Shown: positions 1 to 9,064, counted from the first letter of the stretch. The stretch is DNA of 32,000 bases from Ardenticatenaceae bacterium (GCA_020634245.1 JACKCC010000021.1:46932-78931); one strand, 5' to 3'. Notes: generated by a model from the sequence alone, not told the origin. Made by a program: numbers and translations.

Positions 1-1521
1 CTGCTTTTTCAGCAGATACTGCTCGGCAATGGCTGCCTTTTCATCTTCAATATAGCCCAGCATCTGGATCGATTCCATCCGGTCAAACAACGCCGCTGGA
101 ATCGTACTCAACTGATTCGAAGTTGTGATGAAAATCACCTGGCTCAAATCAAACGGTACTTCCAGATAATGGTCGGAGAAACTGTGATTTTGTTCCGGGT
201 CCAGCACTTCCAGCAGCGCTGACGACGGATCGCCGCGCCAATCAGCGCCTACTTTATCGATTTCGTCCAGCACAATCACCGGATTGCGTGTTTTGGCATC
301 CCGCAGCGCCCGGATGATGCGCCCTGGAATCGCGCCGATGTAGGTGCGGCGATGGCCGCGAATTTCGGCCTCGTCGCGCACACCACCCAGGCTGATGCGT
401 ACCATCTCCCGGCCAATGGCCCGCGCCACCGAAGTGGCAATTGAGGTCTTACCGACGCCAGGCGGGCCATTCAGGTTAATGATCGCCCCTTTCATTTTGT
501 TGCCGGCCAGTTTGCGCACCGCCACGTACTCAACGATGCGATCCTTCACATCATCCAGGCCGTAATGGTCTTCGTCCAACACCTCGCGCACATGGACGAC
601 ATCCAAATTGTCCTCGGTCATCTTGTTCCAGGGCAGTTCTACCAGCCATTCCAGGTAGGTGCGAATCACGCTGGCTTCGGCCGACTGTTGGCCCTGGTAT
701 TCAAGCCGTTTCAGTTCACTCAACGCCCGTTCATTGACTTCATCCGGCATTTCCGCCTCTTCAATTTTTTGCCGTAGTTCACTGATGAGATCGTTGCCTT
801 CTTCGCCCAATTCTTTGCGGATGGCCCGCATTTGTTCACGCAGCATGTAATCGCGCTGCGCTTTTTCGGCGCTTTCGCGGGCATCGGTTTGGATTTTTTG
901 CCGGATTTCAGTGATTTTTAGCTCTTGTTTGAGATATTCCAGGACTGTATTGAGCCGGGTAATGCCATTTAACTCGGTTAGCAGGTCCAATTCCAAATCA
1001 AAAGGAACGTTGAGCAGACCGGCGATATAGTCGGATAATTCTCCGGGTGTATTTTTGCTGCGGGTGACGGCCATGACCTGTTGGTTGGTTTCGCCCAGTG
1101 TTTCCGCATACTGCTCCAGATAGGCAATGGCCTGCAAAACCGCTTCCGGATCATCATCGTTGGGGACGCCGGTTAACTCTTCGTAGGTGCCAACCAAATG
1201 TGGTTCTGTCTGCACCAGACTGGTGAAGCGCACCCGGCGGTGTAGTTCAACCAGCATTTGCACGCCTACGTGCGGCGCACGCAGTACATCACGGACAGTA
1301 GCAAAAATGCCAATGGGAACGAGATCGTCTTGATCGGGCAGCTCTTTTTCGGAGTCGTACTGCACCAAAACAAGCAGTTCGCCGCCTTGCTCGACGGCCG
1401 CATGAGCCGCCGCTAACGAACGCCGACGGCCGATGGAGATGGTGGTGGTGATGCCGGGGAAAACCGCGCCGCCTCGTAAGGGGACGGCCGGGATGGGTTT
1501 TAATTCTGTGGCCTCAGTCAT
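1..1521 (-). CDS. lon: ATP-dependent Lon protease, N-terminal 507 codons (C-terminus lies off the left edge)
   Basis: Own translation of the minus strand from ATG at 1521. It starts MTEATELKPIPAVPLRGGAVFPG (LON N-domain) and contains the Walker A motif GPPGVGKTS, then VIVLDEIDK and FITTSN. The frame stays open to position 1. It is missing from the ORF track because it is truncated. Confidence 0.9.
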   Translation of the reverse strand, partial: MTEATELKPIPAVPLRGGAVFPGITTTISIGRRRSLAAAHAAVEQGGELLVLVQYDSEKELPDQDDLVPIGIFATVRDVLRAPHVGVQMLVELHRRVRFTSLVQTEPHLVGTYEELTGVPNDDDPEAVLQAIAYLEQYAETLGETNQQVMAVTRSKNTPGELSDYIAGLLNVPFDLELDLLTELNGITRLNTVLEYLKQELKITEIRQKIQTDARESAEKAQRDYMLREQMRAIRKELGEEGNDLISELRQKIEEAEMPDEVNERALSELKRLEYQGQQSAEASVIRTYLEWLVELPWNKMTEDNLDVVHVREVLDEDHYGLDDVKDRIVEYVAVRKLAGNKMKGAIINLNGPPGVGKTSIATSVARAIGREMVRISLGGVRDEAEIRGHRRTYIGAIPGRIIRALRDAKTRNPVIVLDEIDKVGADWRGDPSSALLEVLDPEQNHSFSDHYLEVPFDLSQVIFITTSNQLSTIPAALFDRMESIQMLGYIEDEKAAIAEQYLLKKQ

Positions 1522-1753
1522 GTAACTTTCCTTCACAGCGCTTCCACTGATTTCTGTATGGTATGGTTTCATACCGTTTTCAGGTTCTGACTCGGTCTGG
1601 GGACCAAGCTTTTCGCTGTTTTCTATCTCAGTATGATTTCTTACCCATTGAGACACAATAGGTCTTTTGTATTTTAGACAGCCACGTTAGTAAGACAATA
1701 GTGCCATGTCAGAACTGTGTTAGAAAGCTAGAGGGTGGATTCTTCTTCTAACT

Positions 1754-2452
1754 CTATCCTCTAGCTCTAGCTAATCTATTCTGCACGGCCGTTCCCGTCA
1801 ACTCCTTCAGCGCATCTCTGGCCACCCACTGGGCCGCTTTGCTTTCCTGCTGTTGAATACGCTCACTGACGGCGATCGCCTGCTGGTTGAGGGTCAGATT
1901 GCGCTTGCCAATCTGCCGCAGCGCCCAGTTAACGCTTTTTTTGACCATATCCCGCGCATCACCCGCTTCCTTCTCGATGAGTGGGAGAAAGGCGGTGAAG
2001 CGTTCATCCGCCGCTTTTTTGTCGCTGACTGCCAGCCGGGCCATGAGAACAAAACCGGCTCGTTTGACGTACTCTTCTGCCCGTTCGCCCCACTCGACCG
2101 CTTTTTGGTAGGCAAATGGCGTTTTCTCGAACAGGTTCATGCAGCATTGGTCGCAGATTTCCCAGTAATCAAATTCGGCCGCCCAGCTTTCCATTTGTGC
2201 TTCGCTGACCAGTTGAGGCACGTCAACCATGCTGGCCAGGATGCGCGTTTCGCGAGTGTTGTTGGCCCACAGTTGTTGCGCCAGCGCATGATTGGCCGCT
2301 TTGTCGTTGCCGCGCACTTTGCGGGCCAGTTGGCGCAGCACCGGAATTTTAATTCCATAGGCATGGTCCGGCGTGATGCCGTATTGCGCCATGCCGGCCA
2401 GTGCATCCGGGTTTCGTTCAGCTTCCAATTGCTGGAGAATTGTTTCATACAT
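1754..2452 (-). CDS. DNA alkylation repair protein (AlkD-like HEAT-repeat family)
   Basis: 232 aa ORF. The pattern YGI..PVLRQLA...LAQQLW....RE.RILA and the overall helical-repeat layout are typical of the DNA_alkylation family, recognised from memory. Confidence 0.65.
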   Translation of the reverse strand: MYETILQQLEAERNPDALAGMAQYGITPDHAYGIKIPVLRQLARKVRGNDKAANHALAQQLWANNTRETRILASMVDVPQLVSEAQMESWAAEFDYWEICDQCCMNLFEKTPFAYQKAVEWGERAEEYVKRAGFVLMARLAVSDKKAADERFTAFLPLIEKEAGDARDMVKKSVNWALRQIGKRNLTLNQQAIAVSERIQQQESKAAQWVARDALKELTGTAVQNRLARARG

Positions 2453-2467
2453 ATGTGGTGCTCTTGC

Positions 2468-2538
2468 GTAATCAAGTCATGAAGTCATATATCATGCGGC
2501 ATTCATCACGCATGACACATGACTTCATGACGGATGAC
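2468..2538. repeat. Intercistronic inverted pentamer array A (GTCAT x3-4, then ATGAC x4, period 7-8 nt)
   Basis: GTAAT 2468, GTCAT 2476 and 2484. CATGCG at 2493 pairs with CGCATG at 2509. ATGAC at 2512, 2519, 2527 and 2534. Positions 2476-2488 are the exact reverse complement of 2519-2531 (13 bp). Confidence 0.7.
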
Positions 2539-2569
2539 AAATTTCATTTTAACGACCGAGTATTACAAG

Positions 2570-3001
2570 TTACATTTCGCCTGAATCCCGAAAGTGGCGC
2601 ATTCGTCCCAGGGCCATGAACATCGCGCCAACGGCCGTTGCAATGGCAATACCAAATTTTGTCGGGTCAACGATCGGTTTGACTTCTACCCCGTTGGGGC
2701 CGATGGAAATGGCTGCTACCGGCCGGGCCAGGGTCGTTCCGCCGCCGCCGCCGCCACCGCCATAGCCGCTGGGCTGGCCGGTTTCTTCATCGCCGGGACC
2801 AAATCCGCCGCCACCGCCATACCCCGTGCCAAAACTGGCTGTCACTTCCGAGGCCGTGATGACCGTGTATTCGCCAATGGTTTGCGGTTTGCTGTAGACA
2901 ACATCAGGTTGAGTCACGTCAAACAATTTGCCCAATAGTTGGTTAGCTTTTTCCTGATTGGGAACAGATTCAATCACCAGTTTGTTCAATTCTTCGCTCA
3001 T
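2570..3001 (-). CDS. GerW/YtfJ-family (sporulation protein YtfJ-like) protein
   Basis: 143 aa with VITASEVTASFGTGYGGGGG, a Gly-rich tract, then ARPVAAISIGPNGVEVKPI, the signature layout of the Spore_YtfJ family. GGAG lies 8 nt upstream of the ATG. Confidence 0.7.
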   Translation of the reverse strand: MSEELNKLVIESVPNQEKANQLLGKLFDVTQPDVVYSKPQTIGEYTVITASEVTASFGTGYGGGGGFGPGDEETGQPSGYGGGGGGGGTTLARPVAAISIGPNGVEVKPIVDPTKFGIAIATAVGAMFMALGRMRHFRDSGEM

Positions 3002-3022
3002 GGTTTACTCCTTCTTGAGTTG

Positions 3023-3067
3023 CAAGGCAGCAAAGTCACTTTGCCGCTTTGTCGCTTTGCGACTTTA
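3023..3067. repeat. Intercistronic inverted pentamer array D (CAAGG/CAAAG, then CTTTG x3 + CTTTA, period 8 nt)
   Basis: CAAGG 3023 and CAAAG 3031. CTTTG at 3039, 3047 and 3055; CTTTA at 3063. GCAAAGT(c)ACTTTGC is centred on 3037-3038, at the stop codon of the 3036..3329 ORF. Confidence 0.55.
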
Positions 3068-3329
3068 TTAACAGGGTAACGGCCGTACCCACCACCGCTG
3101 CTGCCAGTACAATCATCCGTGTCATATCGGGGATGGGGATACGTTGTGAACGGCCGTTCTCCTCCACCAATACCGCCACCGGCCTGTTCCAGACAAAGCC
3201 ACCGGCGACTGCAGAACGGTTGCCCGGCAGCCGAAGCGACAACACCTGCGCCTGCGGCGTTACTGTCCGATCACCCACCGTCACCGATTGACCATCCTTA
3301 ATTTCCCACTGCCAAAATTTTCCACTCAT
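3036..3329 (-). CDS. Small hypothetical protein with C-terminal transmembrane helix
   Basis: ORF of 97-101 aa. I prefer the ATG at 3329 (MSGKFWQW), which sits 11 nt after GGAGG, over the GTG at 3341 that abuts the SD. There is a hydrophobic stretch IVLAAAVVGTAVTLLI. The last ~9 codons are read out of repeat D. No family recognised. Confidence 0.45.
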   Translation of the reverse strand: MSGKFWQWEIKDGQSVTVGDRTVTPQAQVLSLRLPGNRSAVAGGFVWNRPVAVLVEENGRSQRIPIPDMTRMIVLAAAVVGTAVTLLIKSQSDKAAK

Positions 3330-3562
3330 ATTTTGCTGCACCTCCAGTTTTCATAGGGACGCACCCTTGTGGTCGCCCATTTTGTTTAGCCCATTGGGCA
3401 GGCATAAAGCACGGCCCCTACAAAATTACGATATTAATCGCTAAAAGTTGTCAATTTACGCTGCCTGGATCACAATTACATTGTGCCTTTACTTTAGCAT
3501 AATTTGGAGTTAACACGTCAACGATTTATCAACGAAACAGATTTTAGATTTGGGAGAGTTCC

Positions 3563-6034
3563 ATGTCGAAACGCATCTTAATTTTACTGACCACCTTGTT
3601 AACCGCCATCAGCCTGAACGCACAAACCAACCAACAAACCAATCAGTCCACCACCCTCCTCATCACCGAAGTTTTCTATGATGCCCCCGGTGCGGATGAA
3701 GAACGGGAATGGGTGGAAATCGCCAATGTGGGCACGGCCGTACTCTCCCTCAGTGACATCAAAATTGGCGATGAAGAGGTGCCCGGCGGCGAGGAAGGGA
3801 TGAAACGCTTCCCCGAAGGCGCGCAAATCGAACCGGGACAGGTCATCGTTGTGGCTCAGACGGCGGCTGGATTTTTTGAGTTGTACGGCCGTTACCCCGA
3901 CTACGAAATCACCAATACAAGCGCCAACGTGCCCGACATGCGCCGCTTCTCGGCCTGGGCCACCGGCGATTTTGCCCTGGGCAACGACGGCGACGAACTG
4001 CTCCTGGTCAATGGGATGCGCATCATCGACGCCCTGAGCTACGGTGACCGGACGACCATCTTCAATTCGGCCGTGTCCGGCGTGGCCAGCGGGCAAAGCA
4101 TCGAGCGCCAGCCGGCCAACTGCGACAGCGACACCAGCGCCGACTGGCAAACGCAGCCCGTGCCCACACCGGGCCAAATCAGCCTGGACGATGCCTGCGC
4201 CGCTCCCGCCGAACCAGAATGGGAACCCCTGACGCCTATCGGCGAGATTCAGGGCAGCGGCCCAGTTTCCTCTTATGTCAATGAAACCGTCACCTTTCGC
4301 GGCGTGGTCATCGGCCAGTACGAGGACATCAACACCAGCGGCGTCACCTACTACACCCTGTTCGTGCAAGATTTACCGGGCAGCGAAGACGGCGACCCGG
4401 CCACCTCGGATGGCATAGCGGTGTTTTTGGGGCGGAAACGGCCGTCCACCCCCATCGGCAGCCAAATCCGCATCACCGGCACAGTCACCGAATTCTACGA
4501 CTACACCGAAATCGACGACGCCGGGCTGGAGATTATGCTGGAAATGGCCGATGCTCCCCTGCCCGATCCCGTCGCCATCAGCCTGCCACAGGGCCGCGCG
4601 GCCCAATTGGCCTATTACGAACCGCTGGAAAGTATGCGGGTGACACTGGCAAACACGACCAACGTCACCGGGCCGACCTACAGCGGCTGCGGCTTTGCCG
4701 TCGTCGAGGGCAGCAGCGGCCTGACGCGGGTCTACCGCCGCAGTGCCGACGATTTGGCCCCGCCGGTCATCACCGTTTTGCACACCAGCGACGTAAGCTG
4801 CGGCAGCTTTCCCAACGTCAAAGTGGGCGACACAGTGACCGGCATCAGCGGCCCATTGATCTACAACTTTGACGAGTTCAAGATCGTGCAGCAGGTCACG
4901 GAAGATTTGATGGTGACGGCCGTTCCCCAACCGCCCTTCCCCGCACCGCCCACGCCAGCCGCCCACCAGTTCAGCATCGCCACCTTCAACGTCGAAAACC
5001 ATTTCGACAGCATCGACGATACCGGCAGTGTTGACGAACCCAAGCCCAGCCCTGAAGAAATCGCCGTCAAGCAGGCCAAACTGGTGGCTGCCATCAGCCA
5101 GACGCTGGGCTGCCCGACGTTGCTGGCCATCCAGGAGGTGGAAACGGCCGTTTTGCTGGAAGGTCTGGCTGAGGCTGCTGCTCCTGCCTGCGGATTTACC
5201 TACCAGGTCAGCCATCAGGAGAGCGCCGACGTGCGCGGTATTGACGTGGCCTTGTTGAGTGATCCGGGGCGGGTGGGGGTAACGGCCGTTTCCCTCCAGC
5301 AAGCCTGTACCCTCATGAACACCGGCATCAGCGACCCCGCCATCACCTGCCCCGCCGGACAGCAGCCGCTCTTTTCCCGCCCGCCGCTCCAGGTCAGCCT
5401 GGCCATCGACGGTCAGCCCTATACCATCCTGGTCAACCACTTCAAATCCAAACGCGGTGGCGAAGCGGAAACAGAATTGCGCCGCGTAGCCCAAGCCCAG
5501 CACATCGCCGATCTTGTGACCGATTTGCACGATGACAATTCCACCGCCCGTGTCATCGTCCTGGGCGATTTCAACGATTTTGAGCAGTCGCCGCCGCTGA
5601 ATTTGATGGAAGCCAACGGCCTGACCAACGTGCTGCGGCAAATCCCGGATGAGGCCCGCTACAGCTTTAATTTTGGCGGCGTGTCGCAGTTGATTGATGG
5701 CTTGTTGGTGACGGAAAATCTGGTGGAGACGGTAACGGCCGTGACCATCCAGCATACCAACGCCGATTTCCCCGACAGCCTGGGGCAGGATACCAGTCTG
5801 GCCAACCTGGCCTACAAAACAACCGACCACGATCTGCCGCTGGTAGTTTTCGATTTGTACCCGGAACTGGAACAGCCTACGCCAACGCCGGACACGGCCG
5901 TTTCCCCCACCGCCACACCCGTCAATGACAATCAGGGAGTTGACGAAAGCACATTCAGTTGGTGGGGCTGGCTGGTAGGTGGTTTATTGGTGATGGGAAC
6001 GGCTGTTATCGCCTTTTTCTTCCGTCGTAAATAA
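3563..6034 (+). CDS. Secreted ExeM/NucH-type extracellular nuclease: signal peptide, lamin-tail domain, EEP nuclease domain, C-terminal TM anchor
   Basis: N-terminal signal MSKRILILLTTLLTAISLNA. LTD-like LLITEVFYDAPGADEEREWVEIAN...GDELLLV. EEP motifs FSIATFNVENHFD, VNHFKSK, GDFND and TDHDLPLVVF. The C-terminus WWGWLVGGLLVMGTAVIAFFFRRK is a TM helix plus basic tail. Confidence 0.75.
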   Translation: MSKRILILLTTLLTAISLNAQTNQQTNQSTTLLITEVFYDAPGADEEREWVEIANVGTAVLSLSDIKIGDEEVPGGEEGMKRFPEGAQIEPGQVIVVAQTAAGFFELYGRYPDYEITNTSANVPDMRRFSAWATGDFALGNDGDELLLVNGMRIIDALSYGDRTTIFNSAVSGVASGQSIERQPANCDSDTSADWQTQPVPTPGQISLDDACAAPAEPEWEPLTPIGEIQGSGPVSSYVNETVTFRGVVIGQYEDINTSGVTYYTLFVQDLPGSEDGDPATSDGIAVFLGRKRPSTPIGSQIRITGTVTEFYDYTEIDDAGLEIMLEMADAPLPDPVAISLPQGRAAQLAYYEPLESMRVTLANTTNVTGPTYSGCGFAVVEGSSGLTRVYRRSADDLAPPVITVLHTSDVSCGSFPNVKVGDTVTGISGPLIYNFDEFKIVQQVTEDLMVTAVPQPPFPAPPTPAAHQFSIATFNVENHFDSIDDTGSVDEPKPSPEEIAVKQAKLVAAISQTLGCPTLLAIQEVETAVLLEGLAEAAAPACGFTYQVSHQESADVRGIDVALLSDPGRVGVTAVSLQQACTLMNTGISDPAITCPAGQQPLFSRPPLQVSLAIDGQPYTILVNHFKSKRGGEAETELRRVAQAQHIADLVTDLHDDNSTARVIVLGDFNDFEQSPPLNLMEANGLTNVLRQIPDEARYSFNFGGVSQLIDGLLVTENLVETVTAVTIQHTNADFPDSLGQDTSLANLAYKTTDHDLPLVVFDLYPELEQPTPTPDTAVSPTATPVNDNQGVDESTFSWWGWLVGGLLVMGTAVIAFFFRRK

Positions 6035-6084
6035 GGGGAAAACGCAGTATATGTTTGCGGTTAACTATCATTAGGAGTAATAGC

Positions 6085-7152
6085 TTGAGGTTCCCCCGCG
6101 CTATTTTGCATCTGGATATGGATGCGTTTTATGTCAACGTTCACCGGCTAGACCACCCGGAAGACAGGGGCATTCCGCTGGCCGTGGGCGGCAAGCCCGA
6201 CCAGCGTGGTGTGGTCGCATCGGCCAGTTATGAGGCACGGCAAAAAGGGGTTAGATCGGCGATGCCTACGGCAACGGCCGTACGCCTTTGCCCCAATCTC
6301 AAACTGGTTCCGGCCAACTGGACTCGCATTCGGGAATGTTCCCGCCAGGTCATGGACATTCTGCGTCCCTACGGCCTGCTGGAACAAATCAGTGTTGATG
6401 AAGCGTACATCGATTTGAGCGGACTGGATGAACCGGAGGTTGTCGCCGCCCAAATTCGCTCCGAAGTGAAAGAGAAGACCGGATTGCCGGCCTCGGTGGG
6501 ATTGGCGACGTCGAAGCTGGTGGCCAAGGTTGCCTCTGATTTTGACAAGCCGGAAGGATTCACGATTGTCCCGCCGGACAGCGAAGCCGATTTTTTAGCC
6601 CCGCTGCCGGTGCGTGTTATTTGGGGCATCGGCCCCAAAACGGCGGAAAAACTGGCCGGGCTGGGCATTGAAACTTGTGGTCAACTGGCTCAGGCGGATT
6701 CCGATCAACTGCGGCGGTTTGGTAAACAGGCGCTGGAATTGCAAGAACGGGCGCGGGGTGTGGACGGCCGTTCCGTCCAACCCGATCATGGCCCACCGAA
6801 GAGTATCAGCCAGGAATGGACGTTTAACAGCGATATTGGGGAAACGGCCGTTTTACGGGACAAACTACGCCAGATGTGCGGCGACGTGGCCCAATCCTTG
6901 CAAAAACGAGGGCTGGTGGCTCACACCGTCACCGTCAAATTCCGTTGGTCAGATTTCACCACGTTCACTCGCCAGCGTTCGGTGGCAGTGGGTATTGATG
7001 ATGAGGCGGATATTTTTCGGCTGGCCGAGGCGATCTGGCGGGAAAATTGGCCGGAGAACCGGCCGATGCGGCTGTTGGGTGTGGGGGTGAGTAAGTTGGA
7101 GGAGGAAGGCGGGAAAGAGGGATACGGCCGTCAACTCACCTTTGATTTTTAA
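6085..7152 (+). CDS. dinB: DNA polymerase IV (Y-family translesion polymerase)
   Basis: ILHLDMDAFYVNV, GVVASASYEARQKGVRSAMP, SVDEAYIDL and the little-finger region. The track start is TTG 6055. I prefer the in-frame TTG at 6085, which lies 7 nt after AGGAG (6073-6077). Confidence 0.85.
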   Translation: MRFPRAILHLDMDAFYVNVHRLDHPEDRGIPLAVGGKPDQRGVVASASYEARQKGVRSAMPTATAVRLCPNLKLVPANWTRIRECSRQVMDILRPYGLLEQISVDEAYIDLSGLDEPEVVAAQIRSEVKEKTGLPASVGLATSKLVAKVASDFDKPEGFTIVPPDSEADFLAPLPVRVIWGIGPKTAEKLAGLGIETCGQLAQADSDQLRRFGKQALELQERARGVDGRSVQPDHGPPKSISQEWTFNSDIGETAVLRDKLRQMCGDVAQSLQKRGLVAHTVTVKFRWSDFTTFTRQRSVAVGIDDEADIFRLAEAIWRENWPENRPMRLLGVGVSKLEEEGGKEGYGRQLTFDF

Positions 7153-8540
7153 TCCGCGCCGGCGATCTGCGCTTCAGTGCGGCTGACAAAGCGGCCCACA
7201 TCTGCGGCAAAACTGAGCACGTTGACCTGCGCCAAAATCAATGCCGCTGCCAGCAGACCCAGTGCCTCCAGGCTGAAAATAACGCCATAAGCCAATGACG
7301 CCGGCAGCGCCAGATTGAGCAGCAGCAAGTCTCGGATAGCCCCGCCCATAAAGACCCCCAATCCTTTGAAAACTGTCACGGCAATTGTCCACAAGCCCAA
7401 GTATAGACCGGCTTCTTTTTCCGATGACATGACGGCCATCAAACTCAGGCCGCCAAAGGTGTAGATACCAAATCCACCGCCAAACAGCAGCAAAGACAGT
7501 TCTAGCAAATGAACCTGGCCAAACAGAGCCGCCGCAGCCAGCAGCGCCATTCCCACAAACATGGTAATGAGGCCGCCGCTGGTGATGCCGCTGTGTGTTT
7601 CCGGCGGTCGTTTGCGCCACAAATAAGCTGCGCCAATCAATGTAATGACTGTTGCGGACTGCCAATAAGCATTAAACCGAGTCGTCTGGCTTACCGGCAA
7701 ATCGAATGTTTCTGCGCCGAATGGCTCTAAAATGGCATCCTGTGCCCAGGCAGCGGCCGTAGCCAGGGAAAGGAAAATGAAGAAGCCGCGTGTTCGCGGG
7801 TCGGCCCAGATTTTCTGAAATGTTTGCCAAAAATGTTTCAGATTGGGGCTGTTTTCTGGCAATGATACGATTTTTTGGGATGCCAGCACCCGTTTTTCTA
7901 CACCGGCAATTGCCAAATACCACAAAATCCCGCCGCCAATCATCGTTGTCATTGCCATCTGCCAGAAGATGCGCTCGTCATATGCTTGCATCCAAAAGCT
8001 GAAGCCAATGCCTACTACAGCAAAGAAGATAATTAACGCCGTTTGTACGATGCTGATAGCAATGCCTTGCTTTTTCCTGGGGGCAGAATCACGTACCAGC
8101 GCCAGGAACGGGCTGCCGGAGATGAGCAACCCCAGACCGTACAACAGAGATGAGGTGGTGGCGTAAGCCCAACCCAGAAAATCGGTTTGTACCAATTCCA
8201 GCCGGCCCAGGCTGAGGCCCAACAAGGGGAGGGAGACGACCATCATGGCCCGGCCCAGCCAGATATAAGGCGTGCGGCGCAGCCCAAACAGTGGTTTGGT
8301 GTCGGACAAGAAGCCGGCCCACAAGCTGACGGGGAAGAGCAGATAGCGCAGGGCGATGAGCAAACTGACCGGTGCGGCAGGAATGCCGAAGTTGGAGATC
8401 ATGATCCGGTTCCAGATGCTGGTAACCAAAATGTCGCCCATTGCCGAGCCGATATGGAAGCTGCTCAACCGCAAGGTGCGGCCTAAACTAAACTGAATGG
8501 ATTTTGCCGTATTTGGTGTCGTCATCGTGCTGATTTTCAC
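7149..8540 (-). CDS. BCD/PucC-family MFS transporter
   Basis: 463 aa, multi-TM. The N-terminal pattern LRLSSFHIGSAMGDILVTSIWNRIMISNFGIPAAPVSLLIALRYLLFP...SD...FGLRRTPYIWLG matches the PucC/LhaA (BCD) family as I remember it. The start (GTG 8540 or ATG 8525) is uncertain because neither has a clear SD. Confidence 0.65.
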   Translation of the reverse strand: MKISTMTTPNTAKSIQFSLGRTLRLSSFHIGSAMGDILVTSIWNRIMISNFGIPAAPVSLLIALRYLLFPVSLWAGFLSDTKPLFGLRRTPYIWLGRAMMVVSLPLLGLSLGRLELVQTDFLGWAYATTSSLLYGLGLLISGSPFLALVRDSAPRKKQGIAISIVQTALIIFFAVVGIGFSFWMQAYDERIFWQMAMTTMIGGGILWYLAIAGVEKRVLASQKIVSLPENSPNLKHFWQTFQKIWADPRTRGFFIFLSLATAAAWAQDAILEPFGAETFDLPVSQTTRFNAYWQSATVITLIGAAYLWRKRPPETHSGITSGGLITMFVGMALLAAAALFGQVHLLELSLLLFGGGFGIYTFGGLSLMAVMSSEKEAGLYLGLWTIAVTVFKGLGVFMGGAIRDLLLLNLALPASLAYGVIFSLEALGLLAAALILAQVNVLSFAADVGRFVSRTEAQIAGAD

Positions 8541-8635
8541 TCATTTGCCGAATGCTATGAATTTTATATCAGATTTAGATAATTTTGGGTAACTTTTATT
8601 ATATTTTTGCTGGATGGCTCAGGAAATTTTCACGA

Positions 8636-9064
8636 TTAGGAATAGTAGGTTTGCAAAATGTACAGAATGGTTTCCCCATAGGCGTTGCTGGCGGTGGCAG
8701 CGTTGAATGAGAGGGTTTCATTTTGATAGCGGATTTGGATGTGGCAACGGCCGTCTACCCACCGCAACTTTAGCTCCTTTTCCCCTTCATCCTTAAGCAG
8801 GTTTTCCAATTCCTGCCGCAGCTGACCTTCGGTAGGCATCCAGACCACTTCCGTCGTCACGATGTAATCCAGCGCCCATTCGGCCGTGCCGTGGAAGGTG
8901 ATGACCGGCCAGCCTTGCAGCAGGTCCAGATGAGCCATCATATCGGTGATGACAAAGATATGATCATCCATACCCCGATCGGGGATGGCAAAAAAGTGAT
9001 GATTGCTGGCCTTCCAGACCAGCCCGGCTTGTTTAAGGGCTTGTGCCAATTCCAGTGAAATCAT
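8636..9064 (-). CDS. Conserved hypothetical protein (142 aa)
   Basis: The track ORF runs to 9178, but the ATG at 9064 forms an ATGA overlap with the stop of the upstream DUF2332 gene (plus-strand tcat at 9061-9064). The product starts MISLELAQALKQAGLVW. No domain recognised with confidence. Confidence 0.55.
   Translation of the reverse strand: MISLELAQALKQAGLVWKASNHHFFAIPDRGMDDHIFVITDMMAHLDLLQGWPVITFHGTAEWALDYIVTTEVVWMPTEGQLRQELENLLKDEGEKELKLRWVDGRCHIQIRYQNETLSFNAATASNAYGETILYILQTYYS

Noticed and set aside
1727-1765. Possible terminator hairpin GCTAGAGG...CCTCTAGC at the end of the AlkD-like gene.
   Set aside because: It has only an 8-bp stem with a 23-nt loop, overlaps the stop codon, and is followed by a poor U-tract (TTTCT) on the transcribed strand.
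1853-2482. 209-aa plus-strand ORF opposite the AlkD-like gene. Similar antisense ORFs occur at 10476..10925, 10871..11416, 11994..12500, 16143..16745, 20778..21317, 23670..24170 and 28004..28417.
   Set aside because: All overlap genes with clear family signatures on the other strand and have no recognisable motifs themselves. They are shadow ORFs.
3342-3562. Promoter boxes in the divergent region between the small ORF and the nuclease gene.
   Set aside because: Several TTGnnn and TAnnnT hexamers are present. None combines a good -35, a 16-18 nt spacer and a good -10, so I could not support a call.
4373-5830. 485-aa minus-strand ORF, and the 256-aa ORF at 3599..4369, antisense to the nuclease gene.
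   Set aside because: They lie entirely inside a well-supported plus-strand gene with recognisable domains. Their translations are Gly/Ala/Arg/Val-rich low-complexity sequence typical of shadow ORFs in GC-rich coding DNA. No SD and no motifs.
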